Positions 39,169-49,088 of a DNA stretch of 64,000 nucleotides are shown in pieces. A model generated the notes under the pieces. That model had not been told where the DNA came from. It did not search any database and was given only the letters and a program-made list of their open reading frames with translations. The position numbers were made by a program, and so were the translations under genes. How positions within the stretch are numbered: the stretch's first letter is position 1; every line of letters starts with the position of its first letter. The stretch is from positions 1-64,000 of IMG/VR virus record IMGVR_UViG_3300030333_004509. One strand, given 5' to 3'. The stretch is from an uncultured virus (IMG/VR IMGVR_UViG_3300030333_004509). Its lineage: Duplodnaviria > Heunggongvirae > Uroviricota > Caudoviricetes.

Positions 39169-40544
39169 TGGCTCGGTTTAGTGATGTCTTTGCCCCCAAG
39201 AGCCAGACAATCGTCGGCACACTCACAGCGGGTGATCTCGAGGTCGACAGTCCCACACTCAGCATTGACGCGACTAATGACCGTGTCGGCATAGGACTCA
39301 CAGACCCCGACAGTAAGCTGGAAGTTCTTGCCACAACCACTCAACAGAAGTGGTCCTATGACGCAGACAGCTTCGCCACAGTTACCGTTGCGGATGCCAG
39401 CCACACGACGATTGCCACGGGAGAGTCTGGGAACCTTATACTGGATGCGGCGGGTGACATCGAGCTGAACGCTGACAGCGCTGACATCGTGTTCAAGGAT
39501 GGGACGCACCAGCTGGCTAAGATTGCCTCCGGTTCAGCCACCATGACCATCGGTTCTGGCGTAGCCGAGGATACTTTTCTGGTCTTCGACGGTAACGCCG
39601 CTGATTGGCGTATCGGTATTGACGATTCCGCCGATGAACTTGAGATCGGCGTGGGTGGAGCGCACGACACTACTCCTGCGATTATCATCGACACTTCGGC
39701 CAATGTGACCGTAAGCACAGACCTCACCGTAGCTGGCGGCGACATCACCTATGGCAACGGACAGAATGCTACAGCATCCGTCGCAGCTACAGCCCACAAC
39801 GTTGCCGGTAAGAACCTGACCATCACAGCCGGTCCGACAACGGCAGGCACGACGAACAACATTGCTGGTGGGAGCCTGACTCTACAGGCAGGGCAAGGCA
39901 AGGGCTCTGGTGCCGGTGGTGACATCATCTTCCAGACCGCCAACGCGGGGGGTTCAGGTAGTAGCTTGAACTCTTTGGCTACAGCACTCACAATCAGCGA
40001 CGATCTAAGCTCAACATTCACGGGACACGTAGTCTTCGCCGAGAGCACCTCAGTGAAGTGCGGAAGTAACGCCATCCTGTCGGATAGCAGCGGCACGATG
40101 ACACTGTCGAATATCGACGCATTGGACGCCACGACTGAAGCTACGATCGAGAGTGCAATCGATACCTTGTCCAACCTGGCCAGCATCGGAACGATTACCA
40201 CTGGCGTCTGGAATGGGACCGCAATCGCCCAGGCCTATATTGCCGCCGATGCGATTAACGGGGACAAGATCGCCGACGATGCTATTGATTCGGAGCACTA
40301 TGTAGATGGGTCGATCGATACCGCACATATCGCCGACAACCAGGTGACCCTGGCCAAGATGGCCGGGTTGGCGCGAGGTAGCATCATCGTTGGAAACGCC
40401 AGCGGAGATCCAACCGCTCTGGCAATCGGGTCTAACACCTACGTCCTCAAGTCAGACGGAACCGACATCGCTTGGGCCGCGTCTTCCGGGGGCGTTGCCG
40501 TTGACGACCCAAACCTTATTCTTCACACTCAAGTTTTCTCGTAG
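39168..40544 (+). CDS. Tail fibre protein
   Basis: G/A/T/S-rich; 'RVGIG.T.P..KL.V' and 'DAI..DKIADDAI.SEH..DGSIDTAHIAD..VT.AK' fibre repeats. Confidence 0.75.
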   Translation: MARFSDVFAPKSQTIVGTLTAGDLEVDSPTLSIDATNDRVGIGLTDPDSKLEVLATTTQQKWSYDADSFATVTVADASHTTIATGESGNLILDAAGDIELNADSADIVFKDGTHQLAKIASGSATMTIGSGVAEDTFLVFDGNAADWRIGIDDSADELEIGVGGAHDTTPAIIIDTSANVTVSTDLTVAGGDITYGNGQNATASVAATAHNVAGKNLTITAGPTTAGTTNNIAGGSLTLQAGQGKGSGAGGDIIFQTANAGGSGSSLNSLATALTISDDLSSTFTGHVVFAESTSVKCGSNAILSDSSGTMTLSNIDALDATTEATIESAIDTLSNLASIGTITTGVWNGTAIAQAYIAADAINGDKIADDAIDSEHYVDGSIDTAHIADNQVTLAKMAGLARGSIIVGNASGDPTALAIGSNTYVLKSDGTDIAWAASSGGVAVDDPNLILHTQVFS

Positions 40545-40552
40545 GATAAATC

Positions 40553-40924
40553 ATGGCTGCTATTACTAAGCGCGCACTTCAGCCTGCTGCCAGCGGTAGC
40601 GAGGTTGTTGCTGTATCTGTTGACGCTACATCCAGCGCAGGTACGGCTGTGCACGAAGGTCCAAGCAACACGTCTCATTATGATGAAGTCTGGATCTGGG
40701 CGACTAACATCAACACATCGACTGAAACGCTTACGATCGAGTTTGGCGGGACAACCGCAGCGCTGCACCACTTCGTCACCACCATCAACCCCAATGAGAC
40801 TGTCTTGGTGGTTCCTGGTTGGGTGCTGAAGGGAGCGGGCACTGAACTTGTCGTCAAAGCGTTTTCCACCACAGCCGATAAAGTCAATCTCACGGGATAC
40901 GTTAACCGTATCGATCAGTCGTAA
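40553..40924 (+). CDS. Tail-associated small beta-sandwich protein
   Basis: 'DEVWIWATN...LTIEFGG...LVVPG..L...GYVNRI' pattern; follows the fibre gene. Confidence 0.65.
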   Translation: MAAITKRALQPAASGSEVVAVSVDATSSAGTAVHEGPSNTSHYDEVWIWATNINTSTETLTIEFGGTTAALHHFVTTINPNETVLVVPGWVLKGAGTELVVKAFSTTADKVNLTGYVNRIDQS

Positions 40925-41769
40925 TGAGTAGTAGACACACGCGAATACCGGGTCCGATCAATCTCCAGACGACTATGAAGCAGCGTCGGGAGATTATTGG
41001 TCGCAGTGAGTGGATCTCCATCGACATCAACGATGGTAGCTGGACGGAGAATGATCCGAATAGCACGCTTGTGTCTAAGGCCACTGGAACCGGCGGAATG
41101 ACAATCTCACTGGAATCTGACCGAGACAGCGATACTTGGAGCACAGCTAACCAGACTTGTGTTCGATGGTTCAAGCCACTCACTACGCCTGTCGGTAGCT
41201 TGATGAAGTGGGAAGACGAGTTTGGTGTAGAGTTCCTCGTCCAGCGGATGTCTACCACGGCTAACGACGACAACATGTTGGTTGTCGGACTATCGGATGA
41301 TCCCACTGATACATCGGGACAGAAGTGGGCTGGTGGTCAGATGACCAACAAAGGCAACGGCGACTTTGTTTTGAAGTTCGGCGGCGATCAAGACTTGAAC
41401 ACGCTGACCGGTGGGTCCAGTGACATCGGAAGCACACCAAGGGCATACGTCAACTGCATGCTGCAGATCACAGACGATCGAAGCAGTGACGCGATTGAGC
41501 CCATGGGCGTGACTGGCGTCGTCTTGGATTCAGACAACGATGCCCTCACCAACCTCAACGCAAACGGCCAGAACATTGGGTGGAACAACTCCAACAATGT
41601 CTACCTCGTTGTGGCTGCAGGGTGGGCAACGTCTGGCGCGAGCTCAGACTCAAGCGCGGTATGGAAGGTCTGGTATCGACTGACTCACAGCTTCTCTAAG
41701 CTGGATCCTCAGTACATCCCTGGCGGAGGAAATAATCCTCGCGGTGGTATACCAGGATCGAGTAGGTAA
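40924..41769 (+). CDS. Hypothetical, possible receptor-binding protein
   Basis: 281 aa, beta/W-rich; TAATG coupling. Confidence 0.6.
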   Translation: MSSRHTRIPGPINLQTTMKQRREIIGRSEWISIDINDGSWTENDPNSTLVSKATGTGGMTISLESDRDSDTWSTANQTCVRWFKPLTTPVGSLMKWEDEFGVEFLVQRMSTTANDDNMLVVGLSDDPTDTSGQKWAGGQMTNKGNGDFVLKFGGDQDLNTLTGGSSDIGSTPRAYVNCMLQITDDRSSDAIEPMGVTGVVLDSDNDALTNLNANGQNIGWNNSNNVYLVVAAGWATSGASSDSSAVWKVWYRLTHSFSKLDPQYIPGGGNNPRGGIPGSSR

Positions 41770-41771
41770 TC

Positions 41772-42020
41772 ATGGCAGATACACAGATCGACAAAGTTTG
41801 GGCTGTCACTAACGGAATCCGCAAAGACGTTAGTGAGATTAAGATCTGCATGGCAAGACTTGATGAGCGATCGGCAGCGAGAGAGAAAGCCGTGGAGTTA
41901 CAGTCGACCCGACTGGACTACATGGAAAGGAAACTCCAGAAGCTAGATCTGAAGGTGGCCGCGGCTATGGGTGGCGTGGCTCTGATCTCTTATGGACTTC
42001 AACTCTTGGTGCAAACATGA
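41772..42020 (+). CDS. Putative holin-like membrane protein
   Basis: Coiled coil plus one C-terminal TM helix; immediately upstream of the endolysin. Confidence 0.55.
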   Translation: MADTQIDKVWAVTNGIRKDVSEIKICMARLDERSAAREKAVELQSTRLDYMERKLQKLDLKVAAAMGGVALISYGLQLLVQT

Positions 42021-42607
42021 GTTATCTACCTCCAGTATTACGGGCTGCTAAAGCGCAGGATTATGCCGTCTTTGACGGTAACGAAGACTATGACTTGAAC
42101 ATTATCGGTGTGCGCAACGACATCTCGCACCGCAAGCCAGATCTCTACCTGGACGATCTGTACGTCTTCTGGAAGCAATCAGGTATCTGGCGATGCTTCA
42201 ACGCCGCGATGACTACAACTCCCGGCGAGTACTACCTGGTCCACCCGATGCGCCCATCGCAAGGCTGCGCCATCATGGTGCCTGGACAATACAGGGGTGC
42301 ATATAAGCAAGGGCTCCACAAGGGTAAGCCAGGACTTCTTCAGAGAGGGGCCAAGGTCAAGTGGTACAGAGACAACGATCGAGACACTGTACTTGACCTC
42401 GACCCCGCAACTATCGGAGAAGGCTACGCTGGGTTGAACATCCACCGAGGGGGGCGAAGTGATCGAGTCGGGCGATGGTCCGCCGGATGCCAGGTCCTCC
42501 ATCCCCCCGACATGGATTTTTTGCTCGAGCTCTGCAAGAAGCAAGTCGAGACCAATGGGTGGGAGAGCTTCACCTACACCCTTCTTACAGAGGACCAGCT
42601 TAAATGA
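42017..42607 (+). CDS. Putative endolysin (L,D-transpeptidase/YkuD-like Cys peptidase)
   Basis: NIIGVR, TTPG, PGQY and the catalytic-like NIHR...WSAGCQV motif. Confidence 0.7.
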   Translation: MSYLPPVLRAAKAQDYAVFDGNEDYDLNIIGVRNDISHRKPDLYLDDLYVFWKQSGIWRCFNAAMTTTPGEYYLVHPMRPSQGCAIMVPGQYRGAYKQGLHKGKPGLLQRGAKVKWYRDNDRDTVLDLDPATIGEGYAGLNIHRGGRSDRVGRWSAGCQVLHPPDMDFLLELCKKQVETNGWESFTYTLLTEDQLK

Positions 42608-42840
42608 GTAGGCTTACCCGCGATCAAAGGCGTGCTCGCCGCCGTAGAGTAATCTCGAGAGCCGTAGCTCTCGCCCGTGAACTACACATGGGAGACGAAG
42701 AAAAGCAAAAAGAGTTTATTGTTGAGATTGTAAATCGTGCTATTGATATTCCAGGGCTGACAGAGAACGCAGAAAAGAAACTACTGATGGCAGTAGCGGA
42801 AGTTCTGATCGACTTGGTATCGGAGAACAGCGATGGATAA
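42604..42840 (+). CDS. Hypothetical protein
   Basis: 78 aa; ATGA coupling; 'N.AIDIPGL.E..E' motif. Confidence 0.65.
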   Translation: MSRLTRDQRRARRRRVISRAVALARELHMGDEEKQKEFIVEIVNRAIDIPGLTENAEKKLLMAVAEVLIDLVSENSDG

Positions 42841-43033
42841 GAAACTAAAGGGTGCGGTTGTCGCACTGATCGGGTCTCTATGCTACGGAGGTGCTCAGCT
42901 GATGGGCATGGAAGAGCGTATTGCTAAGCTCGAGGAGCTCGTACTCGCTGAGCCTGAAGAAGAGTCTGAAGAGTCTGAAGAGATCGAAGAGTCTGAAGAG
43001 TCCCCTGAAGAGACCGAGACTGAAGAGGGGTAA
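42833..43033 (+). CDS. Small membrane-anchored acidic protein
   Basis: N-terminal hydrophobic segment; EES tandem repeat. Confidence 0.6.
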   Translation: MDKKLKGAVVALIGSLCYGGAQLMGMEERIAKLEELVLAEPEEESEESEEIEESEESPEETETEEG

Positions 43034-43038
43034 ACGCG

Positions 43039-43371
43039 ATGGATCCGTCGATGCTAGTGGAACACATCGACGCCATCGGGCTCATACCTTTGCTCATCTG
43101 GCAGTCGTTGAGAATGGAGAAGAAGCTCGACGCTCAGGCTGAGCAGATGGCTAAGCAGCGCAAAGAGAACGATGCCCGCAATGTAGAGATGGTGAAGGGC
43201 TGGGAGAAGCAGCTGGTAGCTCTCGTCAACAAGTACGAAGAGCGAGAAGACGAGATTCGCACCCGCTACGATAATGTAATCGCAAACTACAACAACGAGC
43301 GGGATCGCATGTTCCGTGACATGGATCGCAAACTCGACGATGCGATCCGCTTCTTCCAAGCGAGACCTTGA
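43039..43371 (+). CDS. TM plus coiled-coil protein (lysis-associated?)
   Basis: Hydrophobic AIGLIPLLIW followed by a coiled coil. Confidence 0.6.
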   Translation: MDPSMLVEHIDAIGLIPLLIWQSLRMEKKLDAQAEQMAKQRKENDARNVEMVKGWEKQLVALVNKYEEREDEIRTRYDNVIANYNNERDRMFRDMDRKLDDAIRFFQARP

Positions 43372-43727
43372 TGGCGGGGCGTAAGAACAGGCATCTTAAA
43401 GACGCTGTACCGCGAGATAGGAAACTTAAACGTCAGGTACAAGAAGCTGTAGCACCACGCACTTTGTCGATGGGTACTGCGTCTCACGCACCATTCGGGT
43501 TTCAGGTTCAGGGTGAGCTAAGCGTAGAAGACGCGGCTACCTTCAGTGCGGGAGTTACAGCCAATGGTGGTGTGACTATTACGACAACCACCGCAGCCTT
43601 AACCTTACCTCGTATGACAACGACTCAGCGCAATGCTTTGACTGCAGCCGTGGGCATGATAATCTACAACACAACAGATTCTAAGTTCCAGGGCTACGCA
43701 GGTAGTTCCTGGGTCAATCTACATTAG
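43371..43727 (+). CDS. Tail-fibre-domain small protein
   Basis: 'LPRMTT.QR.AL....GMIIYNTT...FQGY.G..W' fibre motif; TGATG start. Confidence 0.65.
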   Translation: MAGRKNRHLKDAVPRDRKLKRQVQEAVAPRTLSMGTASHAPFGFQVQGELSVEDAATFSAGVTANGGVTITTTTAALTLPRMTTTQRNALTAAVGMIIYNTTDSKFQGYAGSSWVNLH

Positions 43728-43735
43728 AGGTTCCC

Positions 43736-44113
43736 GTGGCTACTTCAATCACGACTCTCAGTTCTCAGTTTGAAGACGTCATCATTCAAGACACGAATAC
43801 TGACGAGAACATTAAGAACGACATCACCCAAGGAACCGGATCCGTCTACTCGATTCAAGTGGCCAACGGTATCGGATCAACGTCTATCTTCTTCAAGATC
43901 TATGACGGTAACTCTGCCGTAGTCGGAACCACAGAACCCATCTTCATCATGAAGGTTGCAGCCAGCGCTACTAAGCAGCTGATTATCCCTGACGGTATGC
44001 CCTTCACCACAGGTCTCTGCTACTGCACGACGGATCAGAACGGAAGTCAGGGAGCTGGCGGCGGTTACTCCAGTGCCTCAGGCAACGTCACTGTTCGCAT
44101 CGTTACGAGCTAA
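43736..44113 (+). CDS. Hypothetical structural protein, paralogue A
   Basis: Shares G..Y...N...KIYD...VG.T.P...PDG..F.T with the next gene. Confidence 0.7.
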   Translation: MATSITTLSSQFEDVIIQDTNTDENIKNDITQGTGSVYSIQVANGIGSTSIFFKIYDGNSAVVGTTEPIFIMKVAASATKQLIIPDGMPFTTGLCYCTTDQNGSQGAGGGYSSASGNVTVRIVTS

Positions 44114-44124
44114 AGGAACACATC

Positions 44125-44496
44125 ATGGCAGTTAATCTCGGACATATCCCAGGCTCTTATATCGGTGCGACCCTTATCGAAGACACTGCCGCAAACGCGA
44201 CTAAGCAGATTGGTAAGGCGAGCTCAGGTACAATCTACCAGGTCTTTATCGACAACACGTCGAACAGTAGCGCAGTTTACCTGAAGGTCTACGACCTCGC
44301 GTCAGGCAGCGTGACTGTCGGCCAGACGCACCCAGACTTCGTGTTCCCATGTCCTGGATCTGGTAAGCGACAGTTTAACTTCCCTGACGGAATCGCATTC
44401 GCTACGGCGTTCACCTACGCTATTACGACTTCGCCGGGAACCGCGGGGTCAAGCGACCCCTCTCCGACCCCGACAGTCCGAATCACGATCAGTTAA
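44125..44496 (+). CDS. Hypothetical structural protein, paralogue B
   Basis: Same motif as paralogue A; AAGGA RBS. Confidence 0.7.
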   Translation: MAVNLGHIPGSYIGATLIEDTAANATKQIGKASSGTIYQVFIDNTSNSSAVYLKVYDLASGSVTVGQTHPDFVFPCPGSGKRQFNFPDGIAFATAFTYAITTSPGTAGSSDPSPTPTVRITIS

Positions 44497-44735
44497 GCCT
44501 GGGGGATCCGCGTTACGAAGAGCTCGATGACCCGGTTGTACAGTCGGTCCATCGCAGTCACCGGATTCTCAGCTGTCGCAGCGGTCACAAATGCGCCCTC
44601 GACAAACAGCATCCAGCTGTCTTCCTGGCATACCACGATCGCGTCAAAGCCCCAGCACTGCAGGGCCTCGACAAGATCATCGGCACCTTCGTGCGCGTAC
44701 TCCAATCCCATAGCTACTACGTCTTCCATGTTCAT
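44493..44735 (-). CDS. Hypothetical protein
   Basis: Downstream of the HTH gene; start at 44735 or 44729. Confidence 0.55.
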   Translation of the reverse strand: MNMEDVVAMGLEYAHEGADDLVEALQCWGFDAIVVCQEDSWMLFVEGAFVTAATAENPVTAMDRLYNRVIELFVTRIPQA

Positions 44736-44737
44736 CC

Positions 44738-45037
44738 TCAAGACTCATTCTTACGTTTAGACTCATTCCGGTCAACCCGAGCTTTCTCTCCCAGGTCAAC
44801 AAGCAGGCTCAACCAGGCCTCGTAAGGCTTTGGATCATTACCTGCGCGTCGCTTATTGTCTGAAGCGAGCGCCTCTGCAATACCTTTGACGTGGCGCAGA
44901 GTCGGTGTTCTCATGCCTGACTCGAGACGACTAATCTCAGAGCAGCTTAGGCCTGATCGGTTCGAGAGCTCTTGTTGTGTCCAGTGACGTAGACTTCGAT
45001 GAGTCTTAATGAAGCGACTAAATGCGCTGCTGTACAT
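44738..45037 (-). CDS. XRE-family HTH transcriptional regulator
   Basis: R....WTQQELS..SGLS.SEISRLESG.RTP; GGAGG RBS before ATG 45037. Confidence 0.85.
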   Translation of the reverse strand: MYSSAFSRFIKTHRSLRHWTQQELSNRSGLSCSEISRLESGMRTPTLRHVKGIAEALASDNKRRAGNDPKPYEAWLSLLVDLGEKARVDRNESKRKNES

Positions 45038-45059
45038 GGTACCTCCTATTGCTGGATCA

Positions 45060-45088
45060 ATCGTAGCCACGAGTTTCCGTCGCGTCAA
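45060..45088 (-). promoter_or_regulatory. Sigma70-like promoter for the HTH gene
   Basis: Minus strand TTGACG-17bp-TACGAT. Confidence 0.65.
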
Positions 45089-45096
45089 GTTTCTTG

Positions 45097-45125
45097 TTGA
45101 CGACCTGGAACTACGTAACTACACT
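45097..45125 (+). promoter_or_regulatory. Sigma70-like promoter for the replication operon
   Basis: TTGACG-17bp-TACACT. Confidence 0.7.
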
Positions 45126-45142
45126 TGTGCCGGAGGATGAAC

Positions 45143-47056
45143 ATGTGGGACCAACCGCACTTTAATTATCATATCGATCTCGAGGGAATCCCTCAGACCA
45201 ACTTTGAGATACTCGATAATCTCGAAGCGATGGTGCCTGGTTGCCTGGTTTACGCCATCGGTAACCAACATCTTAAGTATCGAGTAGGGAAGCGTGTAGT
45301 ACCTGACCACGTTGAACTGACAGGCTACCGAGTCATGGTTCCTGTCCACGGAGCTTGGCTGGTTGAAGGCTACCTGCAACAACATTTAGTGGCGTATGAG
45401 CCTGAGCCTGTAGGTGTTAACGGGCTCGTCCCTTGGAGCTCCGACTCTTACAGACTCGAGACCTTAGAAGATATTGGTCGAGAAGTCTTGTACCGTCGAA
45501 CTTTGGAGGGTGAAGTCAAGGAGTCGGTGCGTGAGCTTATCACGCCTTACCAGCTTAGAAACGTAGGCTGGGCTACGAGTAGGCCCTGGGTCATGAATGT
45601 CTGGCCTTGTGGATCAGGCAAGACCCTGGGTTCTTTGCTCAGCGCACTGACTGTTGACGGTCCCGTGCTTGTCGTGTGTCCCGCAAAGGCTCGCCATGTC
45701 TGGTGGAGCCAGGTACAGGAGTACACCAACATCAAGCCTTATCGTGTTGTACCTCGATCTAATCGACGGAAGAAATACCAAGAGCTACCCCAGTACCTGC
45801 ACGAATGTCGGACGCATAGACGTAGACCATTCATCATTGTGGGTGCTGAGTCGTTAGCCGATTACCTTGAAGAGATGCGCTTGATTAAGCCCACCGTGCT
45901 GGTGCTGGATGAACTGCACATACACGGTAGCCGTAAACGCTGGACTGCAATCCAAGAAGCCGATGGTTCTGTGTCATTCGAGCGGCGCAAGACCAAGATG
46001 AGCGACAGGGATAACCGAGCCGTTGCCGTCATGGATGCCAGTCGTATCGAGAGTCTCGAGCTCTGCATCGGACTAACTGCTACCCCCTTGGATGATGGTA
46101 GGCCGCGGAGACTCTGGTCTCAGTTGGACCTACTCTGCCCCGGAGGATTTGCGTATAGCTACAGCAAGTTCGCCAACCGTTACTGTGACGCGCGACCTGG
46201 ACAGTTCGGTGGTCTTGATGACACAGGCGCCAGTAATATCGAGGAACTCAGAGCTCGCTGCTCATTCTTTACGCACGAAGTCCCCTACTCTGAATCTCAT
46301 TCAGCGCTGCCCTCAACCCGAGTACAAGTGGTTTACCTAAGTCAGCAGGACCTGGTGCGAGCTGACCGATTCAGTGATGGTCAGACTTTTAACCAAGCCC
46401 TTAAGAGTATGAACCGGGAGGCACGCAGCAACCCGCTCATGCGAGAGCGTGTGGTGGAGTCTCGCTTGGCCGAGGCTTGTAGTCGGAAGCGCCGCTACGT
46501 TGTGGATGAGATCAAGGAGGGACTCAAAGGTGGGGGCAAGGTAGTTGTCTTCACAGCTCGTAGACGAGAAGCTGAGTTGTGGGCTCACCAGGTACGCAAA
46601 GCCATCAAGCGCGGCGACGAAGCTATGCAGCACGTTCCAATCTGGATGGGTCACGGTGGCGTGAGCGAGCAAGAGCGTGATGAAATGGTCGACGCTTTCC
46701 GTGAATCTGACGGTCCCTGCTGCCTGATTGGTACAGGGCAAGCGTTCGGTACAGCCGTCGACGGTATGCAGACAGCTGACTTGGCGATCTTTGCGATGTT
46801 ACCGTGGAAACCTGGAGACTTCGTGCAGTGGAAGGGAAGGTTTGATAGACTGGGCGGACGTGCCACGTTGCTCAAGGTTGTTGTTGCGACCGGCACCTAC
46901 GATGAACGAGTCGTTGAGATCCTTGTCGAGAAGTTCGGGCCTATCGAGCAGTTTCTAAAAGCTGACGAGCTCCGAGGTCTGGACGAGAAGCTGCTTGGTC
47001 TTGAAGATCAAGAGAGCATTGTTGACAGCATTATAGGAAAACTGGAGATTGGATGA
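45143..47056 (+). CDS. SNF2-like superfamily 2 helicase
   Basis: GSGKT, VVCP, LDELH, LTATP, Q..GR..R motifs; GGAGG RBS. Confidence 0.9.
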   Translation: MWDQPHFNYHIDLEGIPQTNFEILDNLEAMVPGCLVYAIGNQHLKYRVGKRVVPDHVELTGYRVMVPVHGAWLVEGYLQQHLVAYEPEPVGVNGLVPWSSDSYRLETLEDIGREVLYRRTLEGEVKESVRELITPYQLRNVGWATSRPWVMNVWPCGSGKTLGSLLSALTVDGPVLVVCPAKARHVWWSQVQEYTNIKPYRVVPRSNRRKKYQELPQYLHECRTHRRRPFIIVGAESLADYLEEMRLIKPTVLVLDELHIHGSRKRWTAIQEADGSVSFERRKTKMSDRDNRAVAVMDASRIESLELCIGLTATPLDDGRPRRLWSQLDLLCPGGFAYSYSKFANRYCDARPGQFGGLDDTGASNIEELRARCSFFTHEVPYSESHSALPSTRVQVVYLSQQDLVRADRFSDGQTFNQALKSMNREARSNPLMRERVVESRLAEACSRKRRYVVDEIKEGLKGGGKVVVFTARRREAELWAHQVRKAIKRGDEAMQHVPIWMGHGGVSEQERDEMVDAFRESDGPCCLIGTGQAFGTAVDGMQTADLAIFAMLPWKPGDFVQWKGRFDRLGGRATLLKVVVATGTYDERVVEILVEKFGPIEQFLKADELRGLDEKLLGLEDQESIVDSIIGKLEIG

Positions 47057-48003
47057 GCATGTTGATTGACGCCGGTAAGAGCGAGCGAGGTTGGTCGAGG
47101 ATCGGCCAGTTCATGAAGTGCCCTCAACTGTTTGCTTACACCAACAGACTGAATCTCAGCATGATCCCCGCGAGTGCCCTGACTCGAGGATCGATCGGCC
47201 ACATCCTACAAGCACACCAACACGCAATCTGGGGAGCCAAGCAGGGCGGGTGCTTTGTGGGAGACGACTGGGTCACAGATCCAAAAGACGTCCTACCTCC
47301 CGAAGAAGCAGCGCTTGCTTACTGCGACAAGGAAGGTGAAGGACACGAACACCTGGACCGAATGGTCGAGACCTTCCGCCGGTACATGGCTCGCTATCCT
47401 GAACCACCCGGCGCTATCGTAGCCGTGGAGTATCCGATTACAGGAATGCTTGGTCACCTTGACGGACAGTGGGGCCTATGGGCGGTCACAAGTGATACCA
47501 AGGATCAGATCCAGCCTACGCCACTGAACTGCCCCGGTCATCCCGACCACGGCAAACCACTGACTCTTACCAGACGTTTAGATCTTGTGATTAAGGATCG
47601 TAGTGGGCGCGTCTATGTGTGGGATCATAAGCACCAAGCTCGAGTTGAGCCTGGCAGATCGGTAGACGCTTACGCTATTGATGGGGGCTTCGCAGCCTTC
47701 CGCATCCTGGGTCAGCAGATCTGGGGACCAAAGACAGGGGTGGCACTGAATCTTATTCAGACCCAAGATCCTTGGAGAGTAGCCCGACCCATCGTCCCCG
47801 TCACACCCCACAGAGACCGACACTTCGCCCAGATGTTGTGGCGCGCAGAGCATGAAATAGCTCGTCTGGATCTCGGTTGCGAGGACTTGTGGAGCTGGCC
47901 CAAGAGTCAGCATGAGACCACTTGCTATGGTCGCTACGGCGCATGTTCCGCTATCAAACTATGTTTTTACGGAGAATCAGAAATATCCACATTTAGTGGT
48001 TGA
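47053..48003 (+). CDS. PD-(D/E)XK exonuclease, Cas4/AddB-like with Fe-S cysteines
   Basis: KCP, GS..H, VE, RLDL...DHK, C-terminal C..(6)C..(5)C. Confidence 0.8.
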   Translation: MSMLIDAGKSERGWSRIGQFMKCPQLFAYTNRLNLSMIPASALTRGSIGHILQAHQHAIWGAKQGGCFVGDDWVTDPKDVLPPEEAALAYCDKEGEGHEHLDRMVETFRRYMARYPEPPGAIVAVEYPITGMLGHLDGQWGLWAVTSDTKDQIQPTPLNCPGHPDHGKPLTLTRRLDLVIKDRSGRVYVWDHKHQARVEPGRSVDAYAIDGGFAAFRILGQQIWGPKTGVALNLIQTQDPWRVARPIVPVTPHRDRHFAQMLWRAEHEIARLDLGCEDLWSWPKSQHETTCYGRYGACSAIKLCFYGESEISTFSG

Positions 48004-48028
48004 CCCGATATGTGGTAGCGATTACTCT
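48000..48028 (+). promoter_or_regulatory. Sigma70-like promoter
   Basis: TTGACC-17bp-TACTCT. Confidence 0.5.
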
Positions 48029-48066
48029 CTCTGTACCCTAACCCAACCTGTCAACATGGAGTCACG

Positions 48067-49053
48067 ATGAGTGACGGTAGTACCGCGCATCCATCCGTAA
48101 TGATTTGCTCATACGGTAAACCAAAAAAGCGTAAGACATCTGATGCGATTGCAGCTTTCCCCAGCGCCTTATTTGTAGGTGTGCCCAGTGCGATTACTTT
48201 GGTCGCGCAGAACGAGCTCGGGTTTACACCTGCGGTTCATCCCAGCCCACCTCAGACCCTACCTGAACTGGTTGCTCTACTCGAGCACCTGGGTAGCACC
48301 AACATGGCTGAAGCTTACGGGGCACTCGTCATCGACGATGCCAGCCACATCTGCAAGCGCAGCATGCTTGTCTGGAATGAGGAAGCGCCTTCTGGTCGTA
48401 GCGGTAAGAAGGATCGCTTCTACGCTTACCAGCAGCTGAATCGTTACCTGCTGGAGATGTCCAGCCTTGCTCGTCATCTTGGTGTTCACCTTGTCACAAC
48501 GTGGCATGAGCGCATGCCGGGCAGCAACGCTGACGGACACTTCAGCCCAGGCGGACCCGATGTTCCCTCGCGGAACCAGACGGAGACGATCCCTTCCTGG
48601 TGCGACATCAACGTCCGCGCCATGGTTGACCCCGGATACCCCGACCCTTGGTTCCCCTCTGTCTACTACTGCGATCCTACTGATAGCAACTGGATTACTG
48701 GTGACCGCACAGGTGTGTGTACCCAGAAGACCCCGGGCAACCTAAGAGAGATCTTGCGAGCCAGCGAGTCAGGCTACCAGCTTAGCCGTCTGCCCGGTCT
48801 CGAGTGGCAAGATGAGCTCGCTGACCTGATCGCAACTCAAGTCGCTACTGGCGCAGATGTACGCGCTACGGTACAGAACATCGCGGGCCAGTATCAAGCT
48901 AACCCTTTGCATTTACGCTGGGCATGCCAAGACGGTATTGCTCGCGGAATCTTGCGGATGAATCGGCAGAAAGGTCTGTTTGATTTTTCCTCTACCCAGG
49001 TCGAACAGAAGAAAGAGGGGGCAGCTCTCCCTCCACCTCCCCCGACCGCTTAA
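48067..49053 (+). CDS. Sak4-like (AAA_24) recombination ATPase
   Basis: YGKPKKRKTS (variant Walker A), LVIDD Walker B, T.H, WCD; nuclease-ATPase-SSB synteny. Confidence 0.7.
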   Translation: MSDGSTAHPSVMICSYGKPKKRKTSDAIAAFPSALFVGVPSAITLVAQNELGFTPAVHPSPPQTLPELVALLEHLGSTNMAEAYGALVIDDASHICKRSMLVWNEEAPSGRSGKKDRFYAYQQLNRYLLEMSSLARHLGVHLVTTWHERMPGSNADGHFSPGGPDVPSRNQTETIPSWCDINVRAMVDPGYPDPWFPSVYYCDPTDSNWITGDRTGVCTQKTPGNLREILRASESGYQLSRLPGLEWQDELADLIATQVATGADVRATVQNIAGQYQANPLHLRWACQDGIARGILRMNRQKGLFDFSSTQVEQKKEGAALPPPPPTA

Positions 49054-49088
49054 CCGGACTACAAGTCCACAACAGGAGATAGAACCTC

